Source: an uncultured Pseudobdellovibrionaceae bacterium (GTDB taxonomy: Bacteria; Bdellovibrionota; Bdellovibrionia; Bdellovibrionales; UBA1609). Taken from it: a stretch of DNA of 64,000 nucleotides. The position numbers were made by a program, and so were the translations under genes. Below the pieces are notes generated by a model that saw only the letters and a program-made list of their open reading frames with translations, ran no database searches and was not told the origin of the DNA. This document shows, in pieces, positions 18,929-29,895 of this stretch. The stretch is from assembly GCA_963803705.1 (NCBI GenBank), contig CAWDNU010000002.1, positions 177,980 through 241,979 of the forward strand. Direction: 5' to 3'. Numbering within the stretch: the first letter of the stretch is position 1; the number at the start of each line of letters is the position of its first letter.

Positions 18929-19765
18929 TTAATTTATTAGTGTCGAAATACTGTTGCGATAAGATTCAAAGCTACCGGTCATTCTAATAATCTGACCTCT
19001 AGAAAAGTTCGTCAGGCAAATGTCGTTACTGTAGTCCATGTAGTTATCAGACGGATCTAGACCTGGCGAAAAAGGACAAGAGTCATTGTTTATAGGACAT
19101 CCTACGCTTGGACTTTGTTGAGCCGGGGTATCATCAACAAAGTCACCGGAACCTTCGCAACCACCTTGAAAGGTATGAAATAATCCCATCCAATGGCCGA
19201 CTTCGTGGACTAAAGTTACACCCTCGTTATATGGATATATCTGTCCCCGGGGTAAAGAGCCTTTAGCAATTACGACACCGTCTAGCTCTGGCTGGCGTCG
19301 GTACTCCCACGGGAAATATGCCCAGCCAAGAACCTGGCCTAGGTTTGGCATTATATAAATATTTAATGTACCACTATCGCCTTGGCGAAGTTTCGATTTC
19401 ATATCAATCTCAGCAGCGCTAAATATTTCAAAATTTTTAGACCATCTATTAGTGTTTACAAAATTAATATCTTTCAACTCAAATCTAAATCCTGTCAAAG
19501 CGTAAGCGTTATTTAAGACATTGATTTGTTCGTAAATAATCTGATCAGAAATTTTGTCTTCTATTATATGTACGATAATGGGAATAGTTTTTGTTCTAAA
19601 AGAATTTGTGCTCATATACTTCAACGACGAACTTAGAAGCTTAATTTTCATATCAATAAAAAACTTTTCCGAAGGCTCTACATCTTGGGTGCCACATCTT
19701 TCAAAAGCATTTCCAAAATTACAAAAAAATAAAATCAATACATAACCAAGTAATATCAAACGCAT
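18929..19765 (-). CDS. Secreted M43 zinc metalloprotease (tandem paralog)
   Basis: RCGT Cys-switch, HEVGHWMGLFHTF, NYMDY; same length (278 aa) and same SISTLIN C-terminus as its neighbour. Confidence 0.9.
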   Translation of the reverse strand: MRLILLGYVLILFFCNFGNAFERCGTQDVEPSEKFFIDMKIKLLSSSLKYMSTNSFRTKTIPIIVHIIEDKISDQIIYEQINVLNNAYALTGFRFELKDINFVNTNRWSKNFEIFSAAEIDMKSKLRQGDSGTLNIYIMPNLGQVLGWAYFPWEYRRQPELDGVVIAKGSLPRGQIYPYNEGVTLVHEVGHWMGLFHTFQGGCEGSGDFVDDTPAQQSPSVGCPINNDSCPFSPGLDPSDNYMDYSNDICLTNFSRGQIIRMTGSFESYRNSISTLIN

Positions 19766-20137
19766 AAAACCCCTTAGATAGCTTGTCTATTAAGTGTTTT
19801 GAATTGGTCAGGTTCTGGTCAATACTGCTTGAAAGTCCTGTCAGGAAATAGACTGCGGCTAATAAAAGAAAGGCATTGTTAGAAAACATAAGAAAATTTT
19901 ATGATTCAAAGCTGGTCCAAAATCTTGGCGGTATAATAGGTGTTATTAGATTAACTTTTAAGAAAAAAGACTTAGGTCTAAGGTGTTTTCGCCCAAATAA
20001 AGCTAGGTTCGAACTGAAGATTCGTACTTAAGATTTTACAAGCACATACATAGCTAATTATTATTTATTTACAATTAAATTTGTAAATTATTGTTTTCAG
20101 TTCTTAAAACTGGATTTTTAAATTTTACTTTTTAATT

Positions 20138-20647
20138 CTAGTTTTTGCGTTTTAGCTTTAAAGCTTTATTGGCTTTTATGACTTTTTGCTTTTGGCTTTT
20201 ATGAAAGACTTCCATTTTCTTAAATAAAGATTTATCAGAAAGGGATAAAATTCTTAGAGCGAGCAGTGCGGCGTTGGTGGAATTATCAATGGCAACCGTG
20301 GCCACGGGAACACCCTTTGGCATTTGCATCACAGACAAAAGAGCGTCCCAACCCTGCATGGGGGTGACATTCACTGGCACACCAATTACCGGAAGGGTAG
20401 TGCTTGCTGCGATCATGCCTGGCAGATGGGCTGCGCCACCAGCACCAGCAATGATAACTTTTAGCCCCTTCTTGTTGGCATTTTTAGCGTAAGCGGTCAT
20501 CAACGAGGGCGTCCTATGCGCTGACACAATTTTAATTTCGTAGGGAATATTAAAATCCTCTAAAATATCTTTGGCCGCGCCCATTGTGGGTAAGTCAGAA
20601 TCGCTTCCCATTATAATTCCCACTATTGGTTTTTTCTTTGAGCTCAT
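20138..20647 (-). CDS. purE: N5-CAIR mutase
   Basis: [38 protein letters not shown]. Confidence 0.97.
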   Translation of the reverse strand: MSSKKKPIVGIIMGSDSDLPTMGAAKDILEDFNIPYEIKIVSAHRTPSLMTAYAKNANKKGLKVIIAGAGGAAHLPGMIAASTTLPVIGVPVNVTPMQGWDALLSVMQMPKGVPVATVAIDNSTNAALLALRILSLSDKSLFKKMEVFHKSQKQKVIKANKALKLKRKN

Positions 20648-21774
20648 AAATCGAAATCCTTGATATTATTTTTTAAGTTTATCAAAGCGTCTTCAAAAGT
20701 TGAAGACAAAGATGTGATATGGCCCATTTTTCTTCCAGGCTTAGAAACACTTTTTTGATACCAATTCAAAAAACAATCATTGATGCTCAAGGGGATTTTG
20801 GGATCATCATTCGTCTTACTGGCAATTAAATTGTACATGGCAAACGGAGAAACAACTTTTGGTTCAGCTGGTAAATCTACATTTAGTATTGCAAGTAAAT
20901 GAGCTTTAAATTGATTTAAGTACAAAGCCTCTAAACTGTAATGAGCAGAGTTATGCACTCGGGGTGCAATTTCATTGGTCACAAGATCACCGAGTTTAGA
21001 TTCGAACACTTCAAAGGCTATGAAACCAATGTAATTGATATTTGCTAAAGCCGAAGAAATTTTATTTTGTAAGCTTTTCATATCTTTACTTACTGGCATC
21101 GGTCCCTTAACCCATAAACATTTAGAATTTTTTTGGTGTGTTTCAACCCAAGGAAATACGCACACATTGCCTTTGCTATTTCTGGCAAAACCAACTGCGA
21201 GCTCTCTTTTAAACTTAATAAAGTCCTCAAAAATCCAGCTTGAAGCCTGAAAGTCAGTGCCTAGTTGATCTAAATCTTCTAGTGTCGTTAGAAATACTGT
21301 ACCGTAACCGTCATAGCCGAAAAGTCTTTTTTTCATAACTATGGGTCTTTGCTTTAAATGCTCAGTTAATTCTACCAAATTATTTATATTGTAGCTGGTG
21401 CTAGTTGGTATTTTAAAAGTGTCTAGAAACTGCTTTTGAGGTTTGCGGTCTCTGATACTAAAAAGCGTTTCAACGGTGGGAAAGACTTTGATGCCAGTTT
21501 TTTTCTGAGCTTCAGCTAAGAACTCTGGATCAACAAATTCGCTTTCAATCGTAAGCACAACGTTCGGACTCTGTTGCAGGCAATATTCAGCAAAGTCTTG
21601 AATGTTCTTTGCACTAACCTCTTCCACGACGAAATTGTCAGAATTAACTAGGCAAGCTGGATTTCTAAGTGAAGTGGTCAAAACAGAGGTTTTGATATTA
21701 AGTTTGTGGGCCTCTTGGCACATCATGCGTGCTAACTGACCGTCACCTAGAATTCCTACGAAAAAATTCGACAT
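20644..21774 (-). CDS. purK: N5-CAIR synthetase
   Basis: [36 protein letters not shown]; 4-nt overlap with purE. Confidence 0.95.
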   Translation of the reverse strand: MSNFFVGILGDGQLARMMCQEAHKLNIKTSVLTTSLRNPACLVNSDNFVVEEVSAKNIQDFAEYCLQQSPNVVLTIESEFVDPEFLAEAQKKTGIKVFPTVETLFSIRDRKPQKQFLDTFKIPTSTSYNINNLVELTEHLKQRPIVMKKRLFGYDGYGTVFLTTLEDLDQLGTDFQASSWIFEDFIKFKRELAVGFARNSKGNVCVFPWVETHQKNSKCLWVKGPMPVSKDMKSLQNKISSALANINYIGFIAFEVFESKLGDLVTNEIAPRVHNSAHYSLEALYLNQFKAHLLAILNVDLPAEPKVVSPFAMYNLIASKTNDDPKIPLSINDCFLNWYQKSVSKPGRKMGHITSLSSTFEDALINLKNNIKDFDL

Positions 21775-21840
21775 AATTAAACTGTTCCCATGTCAGAACG
21801 CTTGGGTCAACTTGAGGTCTGTGATATTCAAAAGGAAATC

Positions 21841-22881
21841 ATGAAATCCTTAAATTCCTCACTTAAAACTAATTTCCCGGTGTGTCTGGCCCCAATGGTT
21901 GGCCTATCACATGTGGGATTAAGACTTTTAATTAGGGAATACATGCCTGAAGGTGCGTCCACTATTTGGCCCACCGAGATGTTATCAAGCTTTCGCTTGC
22001 CCAAAGAAGATTTTGAAACTTTATTTGAGATAAAAAGATTAGCTTTTGAAGATAACATTGTTCCGCAGATCTTAGGTAACGACGAACACTACATTCGCCA
22101 AAGTGTGATTCGATTAAAAGAGTGGGGCGCCAGGGGCATAGATATTAATATGGGCTGCCCAGTTAAAAAAGCCTTAAAGCACAACTATGGCGTCGCCTTA
22201 ATGGGTGACCCCGTCTATGCAGCCAAAGTGGTAAAAATGACGGTTGAAAGTTCAAATCTTCCAGTTTCTGTAAAGCTTCGAGCCGGTCACCAAAATGACA
22301 TGTTGATATTTAATCAATTCATATCTGGAATTGTTGATGCTGGTGCTGCATGGATAACACTTCACCCAAGAACTCCAGAGATGAAAAGGCGGGGAAAAGC
22401 AGACTGGTCACAGATCAAGTACTTAAAAGATAATTTTCCAGTGCCAATCATAGGTAACGGAGATATTCAAACCGTTGAAGACGTTTTCAAAATGTTAGAA
22501 GAAACGTCTTGTGATATGGTCATGGCTGGTAGGGCGCTGACCGTTCGCCCTTGGCTAATGTGGCAAGTGGGCGAGCGCTTAGGACTAAAAAATCCACCTG
22601 GTAGGTCAGGGCCGGCACCTAAAAATTCTTTCGAAGAGGGTGAAGAGTTTAAAAAAGTTTGCTTTAGATATTTGCAAATAATGAAAGAGCATTGTCCAGA
22701 GTATGTTGGAATGAGGAAGATTAAGTTTTTTATCACCAACTCCCACCCCTGGCTAGAATTCGGTCACTCATTATACACTTGGACCTTAAGAGCTAGAAAT
22801 TATGATCAAATAGAAGAAGCATTTGAAAAGTTTTTTATGTCGCCGCAAAAAATCTACCAACGAACAGAATTAAGATATTGA
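21841..22881 (+). CDS. tRNA-dihydrouridine synthase (Dus family)
   Basis: LAPMVG, DINMGCP, VSVKLR, LHPRT, IGNGDI, MAGR; AAGGA RBS before ATG 21841. Confidence 0.9.
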   Translation: MKSLNSSLKTNFPVCLAPMVGLSHVGLRLLIREYMPEGASTIWPTEMLSSFRLPKEDFETLFEIKRLAFEDNIVPQILGNDEHYIRQSVIRLKEWGARGIDINMGCPVKKALKHNYGVALMGDPVYAAKVVKMTVESSNLPVSVKLRAGHQNDMLIFNQFISGIVDAGAAWITLHPRTPEMKRRGKADWSQIKYLKDNFPVPIIGNGDIQTVEDVFKMLEETSCDMVMAGRALTVRPWLMWQVGERLGLKNPPGRSGPAPKNSFEEGEEFKKVCFRYLQIMKEHCPEYVGMRKIKFFITNSHPWLEFGHSLYTWTLRARNYDQIEEAFEKFFMSPQKIYQRTELRY

Positions 22882-22883
22882 TG

Positions 22884-22920
22884 AAAAAAAGCAGCTGAGC
22901 GATCGGACCAGCTGCTTTTT
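22884..22920. terminator. Bidirectional intrinsic terminator
   Basis: AAAAAGCAGCTG-N11-CAGCTGCTTTTT between convergent genes. Confidence 0.8.
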
Positions 22921-23056
22921 AACAGCCGAGGTCGTCAATGTCTTATCAGCCAATGTATCAGCTAAATTTCTCATGTTATCTCCAATTGACATATATACGA
23001 AGAAATCAAGATCCTATTCTGAAAGGGTATTGTGGGCGGGTACTGTACACTAGATT

Positions 23057-23767
23057 TTAAGTTAATTTTCTTAATAAAAACTTATTTTTATCAATCACTT
23101 GAAATGAAACTTTAAATTCAGCTTCAATGTACTGAAACGTTTTATTGGAAAGAAAAAAAACATGAGTGCTATCATTTTTGTAGTACCAATTTTCAAAGTC
23201 TTCGACCATATGAGGTAACAACTCAGTGCGAATGAAAAGTTTTCCCCTAGGTTCTAAAAGATCTAGAATCTTTTGAAATTCTAATCTAAAGTTTGCTAAG
23301 TGCTCAATGACCTCGTGACATATTAAATAGTCGTAAAACTTTGGTTTAAGAAGCGGCGCTGAATTGAAAAAAAACTTATCGTAGCTTTCGACGCTGTAAC
23401 CCAAAAGTTTTAGAATATGCTCTAAACCCTTAGTAGGGCCACAGCCATAGTCTAAACCTTTTTGTTCGGTTTCAAAATGTTGTAAGAATGGCTTTATACT
23501 TTCTTCTAAATATTTTAAATACTTTAAATCATCTAGTCTGTTTTCGTGACTAAAGTAGCGAAGATGCTCTTCTTGGTCTGGTAAAATATGCTCAGGGCTT
23601 TTGAATACACCACTACAATTAAGGCATTGAAAAAATGCAGGTTGATCGATATTCATTTTTAAAAGGTACGAGTCGATAGCTTGCTTGGGATTTTTTAAAA
23701 ATAGGGGTTTATGCTCTGACGATAAGCAAAGTGGACATGACACAAAGGAGTTACTTGATATAATCAT
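23057..23767 (-). CDS. Class I SAM-dependent methyltransferase with N-terminal Zn ribbon
   Basis: CPLC...CLNC, LDYGCGP, HEVIEH, WYYKNDSTHVFF. Confidence 0.85.
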   Translation of the reverse strand: MIISSNSFVSCPLCLSSEHKPLFLKNPKQAIDSYLLKMNIDQPAFFQCLNCSGVFKSPEHILPDQEEHLRYFSHENRLDDLKYLKYLEESIKPFLQHFETEQKGLDYGCGPTKGLEHILKLLGYSVESYDKFFFNSAPLLKPKFYDYLICHEVIEHLANFRLEFQKILDLLEPRGKLFIRTELLPHMVEDFENWYYKNDSTHVFFLSNKTFQYIEAEFKVSFQVIDKNKFLLRKLT

Positions 23768-23788
23768 TTATAAATTTGAGGTGTAACA

Positions 23789-25621
23789 TTGGAGTCCAAT
23801 AAAACAAGTCTGAACTGGATAATTGGTGCCGGCGTGGTTGGCGCAGACATTGGAACATCAGTATTTTACGGTACCGGGATTCTTTACCCCAAAGTTGGTT
23901 TTTTAGCTCCTTTATTTGTTCTGTTCTGCTGTTTGATGATGTGGCTGTTTAAACGCACTTATGAAGAAGGTTTGGCATTAAGCCCCTACAACGGTGGCGC
24001 GTACTCGATGATCTTAAGATCCTTGGGGCGGCAAGCCTCTGTGTTAGCTGGTGCTTTAACTATGGTGTCTTATCTGGCAACTGCCGCAGTTAGCGCTCTT
24101 AGTGGAGCATATTATTTGGCTTCGATATCTAATGGCTTTTCTGATTCTGCCATAGTCTTAACTGCTTTTTTCCCTATTGTATTTTTTGGCTTTTTAAATG
24201 CCAGAGGCATTAAAGAGCCAGCAAAATTGGTCACGGTGATTTCAGGTCTTCATTTTTTGCTTTTGATTGTAATTACAATATGGGGATTCACGTACTTAGC
24301 CATTAATTGGAGTCTTATTGATTTTTCAAAATTTGACCAACTTACCCCAAGCGGAGAGCTTTCTTGGGCTATTTTTATGTACGGGTTTGCGGCCGCTTTT
24401 TTAGGAATAACGGGATTTGAATCCGCAGCACAAATTGTCGAAGAGCTAGAGGCGCCTGCCCTTGAAACAGTAAGAAAGCTTTATACAGCAGTTATTATTC
24501 TAGTTTCACTTACTGCACCTGCCATTTCACTCTTATGTTTAGTGGTATTAACAAAAAATGAAATTGATCAGAACATTTCATCTTTACTTTCAGGCCTAAG
24601 CTTAAAGCTTGGTGGTAAAGTCTTGCTGTACATTATTGTTGTCGATGCTACTTTGACTTTATTTGCTGCCGTTAATACTGCTTACGTAGGTTTTATTGGT
24701 TTATCTACAACAATGTCTAAACAAGGAAACCTACCGATAATTTTGCTACGAAGATTCACGCATAAATACCCATCGATACAGGGCTATCCGCTGATAGCCT
24801 TTTTATTTATGGTGGTGGCTTTGCTGATGTGCGCACTTGTTGCAGGTGAACATGGCCTAAATATTTTAGCTAAAGTTTATGAAATTGCATTTTTAGGAGT
24901 GATGATAAGTTTTTGCATAGGAGTGGTCTTACTTAGAAATCGTCAAATTAGAAAGGATACTCCTACTAAATTTTTGAGCGAATGGTTAATTTCGTCCAAA
25001 GATAAAATCATTCCACTAATTCCACTATTTTCAGGTTCGGTTTTATTGGTAGCTCAAGTTACTTTGCTGCTCACCTCTACATCTAGTGCCAGGTCATTGT
25101 TGGTGCAGTTACTATCCTTGATCGTAATACTTATGGCTTTTTACCGTTGGGGAGTTTTAGAGGAACGTCTAGAGCGAAGAAACGACCTTAGGATTGGCAC
25201 AGGTAAGTTTTCTGGCAAAAGAGAACTGCCTGACGATCTAAGAAAATTTATTGTGTGCGCTGGGGGCACAGGTGCAAGGCGTTTGATTCACGCTGCTATT
25301 AGAAAAATAAAAGCAGAGTTTTGCTCTGAGTCTTTCGAGCTCGTGGTTTTCCACGCAGAAACTAGCCTTGATCATGAGGGGTTCTTTCACGAACTTTTGC
25401 AAAGAGTTGTTTCCCAACAAATTGCTCCGGTTCATCAAAATGACGATCTTATTTTAACCGTAAAAATTTTACCGGGAGACTTGGTCGAGGGTTTGCAAAC
25501 TTTGAAAAAAACAAATCAGTTTGATTCTTTATTTTTGGGTGGTTCATCTTCAAAGAATTCCTCTGAATTGATCGAGACCATTCGTCATGACTTAGAGATA
25601 GAAATTCATTATTTAGATTAG
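23789..25621 (+). CDS. APC-superfamily permease (KimA/YdaO-like) with C-terminal soluble domain
   Basis: GADIGTSVFYG, NGGAYS, LNARGIKE, ITGFESAAQ, about 12 TM helices, USP-like alpha/beta tail. Confidence 0.8.
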   Translation: MESNKTSLNWIIGAGVVGADIGTSVFYGTGILYPKVGFLAPLFVLFCCLMMWLFKRTYEEGLALSPYNGGAYSMILRSLGRQASVLAGALTMVSYLATAAVSALSGAYYLASISNGFSDSAIVLTAFFPIVFFGFLNARGIKEPAKLVTVISGLHFLLLIVITIWGFTYLAINWSLIDFSKFDQLTPSGELSWAIFMYGFAAAFLGITGFESAAQIVEELEAPALETVRKLYTAVIILVSLTAPAISLLCLVVLTKNEIDQNISSLLSGLSLKLGGKVLLYIIVVDATLTLFAAVNTAYVGFIGLSTTMSKQGNLPIILLRRFTHKYPSIQGYPLIAFLFMVVALLMCALVAGEHGLNILAKVYEIAFLGVMISFCIGVVLLRNRQIRKDTPTKFLSEWLISSKDKIIPLIPLFSGSVLLVAQVTLLLTSTSSARSLLVQLLSLIVILMAFYRWGVLEERLERRNDLRIGTGKFSGKRELPDDLRKFIVCAGGTGARRLIHAAIRKIKAEFCSESFELVVFHAETSLDHEGFFHELLQRVVSQQIAPVHQNDDLILTVKILPGDLVEGLQTLKKTNQFDSLFLGGSSSKNSSELIETIRHDLEIEIHYLD

Positions 25622-25817
25622 GGCCTTTCTGCACTATAGTAGTGCACTAAAATGTAGCGTTAGACTGTAAACCCATGGAATCGCGAAGCTGTTTTTGCCG
25701 CAATTCTGGTAAGTCTTATAATAAATTGAATTATTTTTGACAATTTATGGTGAATTTGCATTGATATGTCTTCTTAGATCAGAGTGGGATCGGGTCTATG
25801 TCTGGGGGTATCTGCCA

Positions 25818-28800
25818 ATGGCGTTCACATTTTTTAAAAACTCAATGATTTGCAATATTGTTTTTCTAACTCTTTTTACTTTTTTTGGTCCGGTGTATCA
25901 GGCAAGGGCTAACGATTATACGGATTATTTAAGCCATTTAACTGCATTAAAGGATAGTGAAAATCCTAATGAGATTTTTGCTGCCGTCACAGCCATCAGA
26001 GAGACTCAGACCCTTGAGGCCTATGAAATAGTTGTTAAACGCTTAGAAGATTACTTAGACTCTAAATACCTTGAGCCCGCAGATGCTGAAACTAGAGAAC
26101 AGCAAAAAGACGTTGTCATCGGACTTGCAGAAGCCATGTCTATATTAGGCACACAAAGTGAGGTGCCTTTGTTTGAAGAGCTCTCTTACATTGTAAAGTT
26201 GGCTATAATTGGAGAAACGTCTATTTTAGCAGATGACGAAATTTTTGATTACCTTGAGCAAACCAAAAATCAACTAGCTGAAAAAAGTGGTCGAAGGCTT
26301 TACTCTGATATCAAAAAAATAGAGGGTTATGTTCCTGATGAGTCCATAGAAAGAACACTAAAAATCACTGCCCATAACAACACTCTAGAGTTAGTAGATC
26401 GCCTACTAAAGCGTATGCGCGGTGACGTGGAAGATCAGGAGGATATTCTCAATTCGATTGCAATTATGTACTTAAAAGATCAAGTAAATGCTGGTAACCG
26501 ATTGGCCCCAGAAGTTTTTTATTATATGGGTCTACCCGGAAATGGAAAAGACTCAATCGTCGAATCTTTTGTTAAAGCACTACATCCACTTGATCCTAAC
26601 GCATTAGAAAATCATCTTTTTCGCATGAATATTAGAAACCAAGAAGAGGCTTGGAGTTACTTTGGATCTGGAAAAGGCTATGTTGGCTCTGATGAATTTC
26701 CAAGTTTCTTAAAATTTTTAGTCGAACATTCTGGTGGGCGCTACCTATTGGTCACTGTTAAAAATGCTAAGGGGGCCGAAAGAACTATCGTCGAATCAAA
26801 TCCTGAATGGAAGCCTGGATCTTCGTTAGGTGTGACGCCAGATAAGGCTGTTGTTTTTATTAACGAGGCGCACAATATGCCTAAGTCTGTTAAAGATAAT
26901 ATTTTTAAGCAGGCTATCGAGCGTGGTATTTTTCCAATCACTAACCCAGGCGAAACAAAAAATTCTGTTTCTAGTTTGATTGTGCCAGTGACATTTAAGT
27001 TCGCCACCAACGAAGGAATTTCTTTACTTGAACCTCGAGAAAAAAATGGAACTCGTATAGGAAAACCATTAAGCCATGAGCAATTAAATCAGAATTACCT
27101 TCGAGTCTACAGTAACAAATCCGTATTAAAGCAGGCCGTGTTGCAAAATAACGGAGAGCGAAACAATCCCAGCTTCAATGCAAATTCGCCTGGCACCTCG
27201 GAAGAGTTTTTAGATAGAATACCTGACCACCGGATACACTTACTAAAGCCATTAAGCCCGGCTGCTTTAAAAAGAATCGTGAGAAAAGCAATAGCCAAAA
27301 TTCAGAATGACTTTGCTAATAGTCAGGGTAACTTGGGTCGCTATAATATTACTGTCTCAGATGATTTGATTGATTTTATTGTGGATTACAAATACGTGGC
27401 TGCTGAAAATGCTCGTCCAATAAAAAGTCGCATCGAAAATTTTATCACTGGCCAAATTTTAGATGCAGTCTTAGCAAGAAAAATTAGACCTTTAGGCACA
27501 GTCCAAGATATTTCGATTGATCTATTGAAGTATGACAATGAAACCTACTCTACCAAATTTAAGGTTTCGGTCCCAAATACGGAAGTGCAATATCAATTTA
27601 CACGCATGATTAAAGAGACTGTATCCGACCGCGTCTTAAGGCCCTTAAGCCATCAGCGCGTTTTAGAAATTTCGGCAATGCGTGAAGAGATTCAAAAAAA
27701 TGTATTTGGCGTTGAACATATAGTAGACCGGTTGATAGAAGCTACATTGGTAGCTGAAAGTGAAGCACGAAGCGGTGATTTGACAGAAAGATCCGCTACA
27801 GTCATGGCCTTCTTAGGAAAAAGCTCTACGGGTAAAACAGAAGCTGCAAAGCAGTTTATTCGGGGTAGGTATAATAAAGATGAAAAGCCTATAATCATAG
27901 AATTTAACAATATAAAAACAGTTGCTGCCTTGGAAGCAAAGATACTTGGCAGCTTTGATAGCAGGGGAAACCCTATTGATTCTGAATTCATGAAATTGTA
28001 TGACAGATCAAATGGACGAGTCGGCTTCATTTTTGACGAAGCTGCAAACGCACCTAAAGAGTTGCTGAAATCGCTTTATGAAATACTAAGAGAGCCCGTG
28101 GCCACTGGATTTTCTGATGGTAAGCCACGACCTATGAAACAAGTTAGTATCATTTTAACAGGTAATGCAGGTGAAGAGATTTACGAATCAATTCCCGGAA
28201 ATCTGCCCAGTGACGTTTACGAAAGAGCGCTGCACGAGGTGTTTAAGATCTTTATATCTAATGAGGGACTTAGGCACAAAATTATGCTTAAGACTTTTCC
28301 TGAAGCGTTTTTAGCCCGCTTAGGTCCTAATATTTTTCATTTTGGACCCCTGACACATGCAGGTAAAAGGCAGGTGGGTCAAATGAAACTGCTACAAGGT
28401 TTAAAGACCCTTAGGGGCAATCGAAGTGAGATAGGTTGGGATGTCTTATTTAAAGATGAAGCTTCGCTTTTGGGTGTCTTTAGCATGATTGAAAAAGAAG
28501 GATTTGATCACCACTCTCAAGGAGCTTCCATTGACAAGTTCGTTTCAGATTCAATCATTGGTAAAATAAAAGCGCGCTTACTTGTAGAAGGCATTAAAAG
28601 AGGTGAGCAAGTAGTTTTAGAATTAGTTCCCGGAGTTACAGAAAAAAAATCGGTAAACTATACATCATCATTTAGACAAATGAAGTTAACCACTAATGAT
28701 GGCAAAGTTATCACCATTGAAATTCCCTTGGGACAAAAGAACACCAGTGTAAAAAGAAACGATGTGGACCGTGCGTTGACTGCTTACCATGAAGTAGGAC

Positions 28801-29828
28801 ACGAAATTGTGTCAGAAGTATATTTTGGTGATCGAGTGCGGCCCAAATTTATGACTATTTTGGAAGGAGTAACCATAATCAATGATATTTTTGTTCACTA
28901 CAGCGGAATAAGGGAAGGCGAAAACGCTGAGAGAATCGAAATGACTAAAGGAGCTGTTCTTAGAAGAGCAGCCGTTCTTTCTGCGGGCTATGTAGCTCAA
29001 AGTTTAGTTACTTTAGGTGGACGTCATGATTCAGGTAAGGGCAATGATATTGACCGAGCTACAAATTACATTAAGACTTCGATCTTACGTTTTGGACTGT
29101 CTGAACAGTGGGGCATGATCAGTGTACCAGAAAATATATCCATTGAAGACTATATTTCGAAGGCTCTATCTAATGAAGAGAAATCACTACTTCATAAATT
29201 AACTTTGGAATGGTTGAAAGATGCTGAAAAAATGGCAGTCGAAGCATTGATGTTAAATGCAGAGCAGTTGCTACTTAATATGAGTCGTCAATTGGCAGAG
29301 CAGGGGAACTTGGTCGAAGACGATATTTTGAAACTATACCAAGATAACCAGGTACTTACAGAACATAGCAGTGAGGATTTTAATGAGTCTTTAATTAAGA
29401 TTAGACATACTAAAGGCCTTATCGACGAAGCTTTGAAACAGAAGGCTAAGTCTTTTAAAGAGAATTATAATGAAACAAACTTCACAATTGAATACGCAGA
29501 AGAGGCTTATAATTTTTTAATTAGAGACTGGCGCAGCTTCTGGAAAAACCCTTGGGGCGAGCTGGATCAATTGCAAAAATTTGCAGCAGCTATCTATTTA
29601 TCAAGCAAAGTGGGTTACTCATCAAGAGACGCCAAATTTTCAAGCCCTATTTGGATGCCAAGCAAAATGGCAAATATTGAAGCAATTATTTTAGATGAAG
29701 TAAAACGCTCAACTAATCCAGTAACTGAACTTGATGAATTTAATTTCTTAGAGCGGACGTTAGATAAGCCACTAGGTTCAGCAAACCAGCCAGAGCCTTC
29801 AAATAGCTGTATGGCCTTTCTCGAATGA
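25818..29828 (+). CDS. Signal-peptide protein with tandem Clp-type AAA+ domains and a C-terminal FtsH-like M41 metallopeptidase
   Basis: Walker A GLPGNGKD and GKSSTGKT, Walker B FINEA and IFDEA, GYVG pore loop, TAYHEVGH, GKGNDIDRAT; ATG 25818 follows a GGGGG RBS. Confidence 0.85.
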   Translation: MAFTFFKNSMICNIVFLTLFTFFGPVYQARANDYTDYLSHLTALKDSENPNEIFAAVTAIRETQTLEAYEIVVKRLEDYLDSKYLEPADAETREQQKDVVIGLAEAMSILGTQSEVPLFEELSYIVKLAIIGETSILADDEIFDYLEQTKNQLAEKSGRRLYSDIKKIEGYVPDESIERTLKITAHNNTLELVDRLLKRMRGDVEDQEDILNSIAIMYLKDQVNAGNRLAPEVFYYMGLPGNGKDSIVESFVKALHPLDPNALENHLFRMNIRNQEEAWSYFGSGKGYVGSDEFPSFLKFLVEHSGGRYLLVTVKNAKGAERTIVESNPEWKPGSSLGVTPDKAVVFINEAHNMPKSVKDNIFKQAIERGIFPITNPGETKNSVSSLIVPVTFKFATNEGISLLEPREKNGTRIGKPLSHEQLNQNYLRVYSNKSVLKQAVLQNNGERNNPSFNANSPGTSEEFLDRIPDHRIHLLKPLSPAALKRIVRKAIAKIQNDFANSQGNLGRYNITVSDDLIDFIVDYKYVAAENARPIKSRIENFITGQILDAVLARKIRPLGTVQDISIDLLKYDNETYSTKFKVSVPNTEVQYQFTRMIKETVSDRVLRPLSHQRVLEISAMREEIQKNVFGVEHIVDRLIEATLVAESEARSGDLTERSATVMAFLGKSSTGKTEAAKQFIRGRYNKDEKPIIIEFNNIKTVAALEAKILGSFDSRGNPIDSEFMKLYDRSNGRVGFIFDEAANAPKELLKSLYEILREPVATGFSDGKPRPMKQVSIILTGNAGEEIYESIPGNLPSDVYERALHEVFKIFISNEGLRHKIMLKTFPEAFLARLGPNIFHFGPLTHAGKRQVGQMKLLQGLKTLRGNRSEIGWDVLFKDEASLLGVFSMIEKEGFDHHSQGASIDKFVSDSIIGKIKARLLVEGIKRGEQVVLELVPGVTEKKSVNYTSSFRQMKLTTNDGKVITIEIPLGQKNTSVKRNDVDRALTAYHEVGHEIVSEVYFGDRVRPKFMTILEGVTIINDIFVHYSGIREGENAERIEMTKGAVLRRAAVLSAGYVAQSLVTLGGRHDSGKGNDIDRATNYIKTSILRFGLSEQWGMISVPENISIEDYISKALSNEEKSLLHKLTLEWLKDAEKMAVEALMLNAEQLLLNMSRQLAEQGNLVEDDILKLYQDNQVLTEHSSEDFNESLIKIRHTKGLIDEALKQKAKSFKENYNETNFTIEYAEEAYNFLIRDWRSFWKNPWGELDQLQKFAAAIYLSSKVGYSSRDAKFSSPIWMPSKMANIEAIILDEVKRSTNPVTELDEFNFLERTLDKPLGSANQPEPSNSCMAFLE

Positions 29829-29895
29829 TTTAACATTTAGTTTTACCAATAGATGGACTCTTAATCTTGTTGATTAAGCTAATACCTAACGCTAA

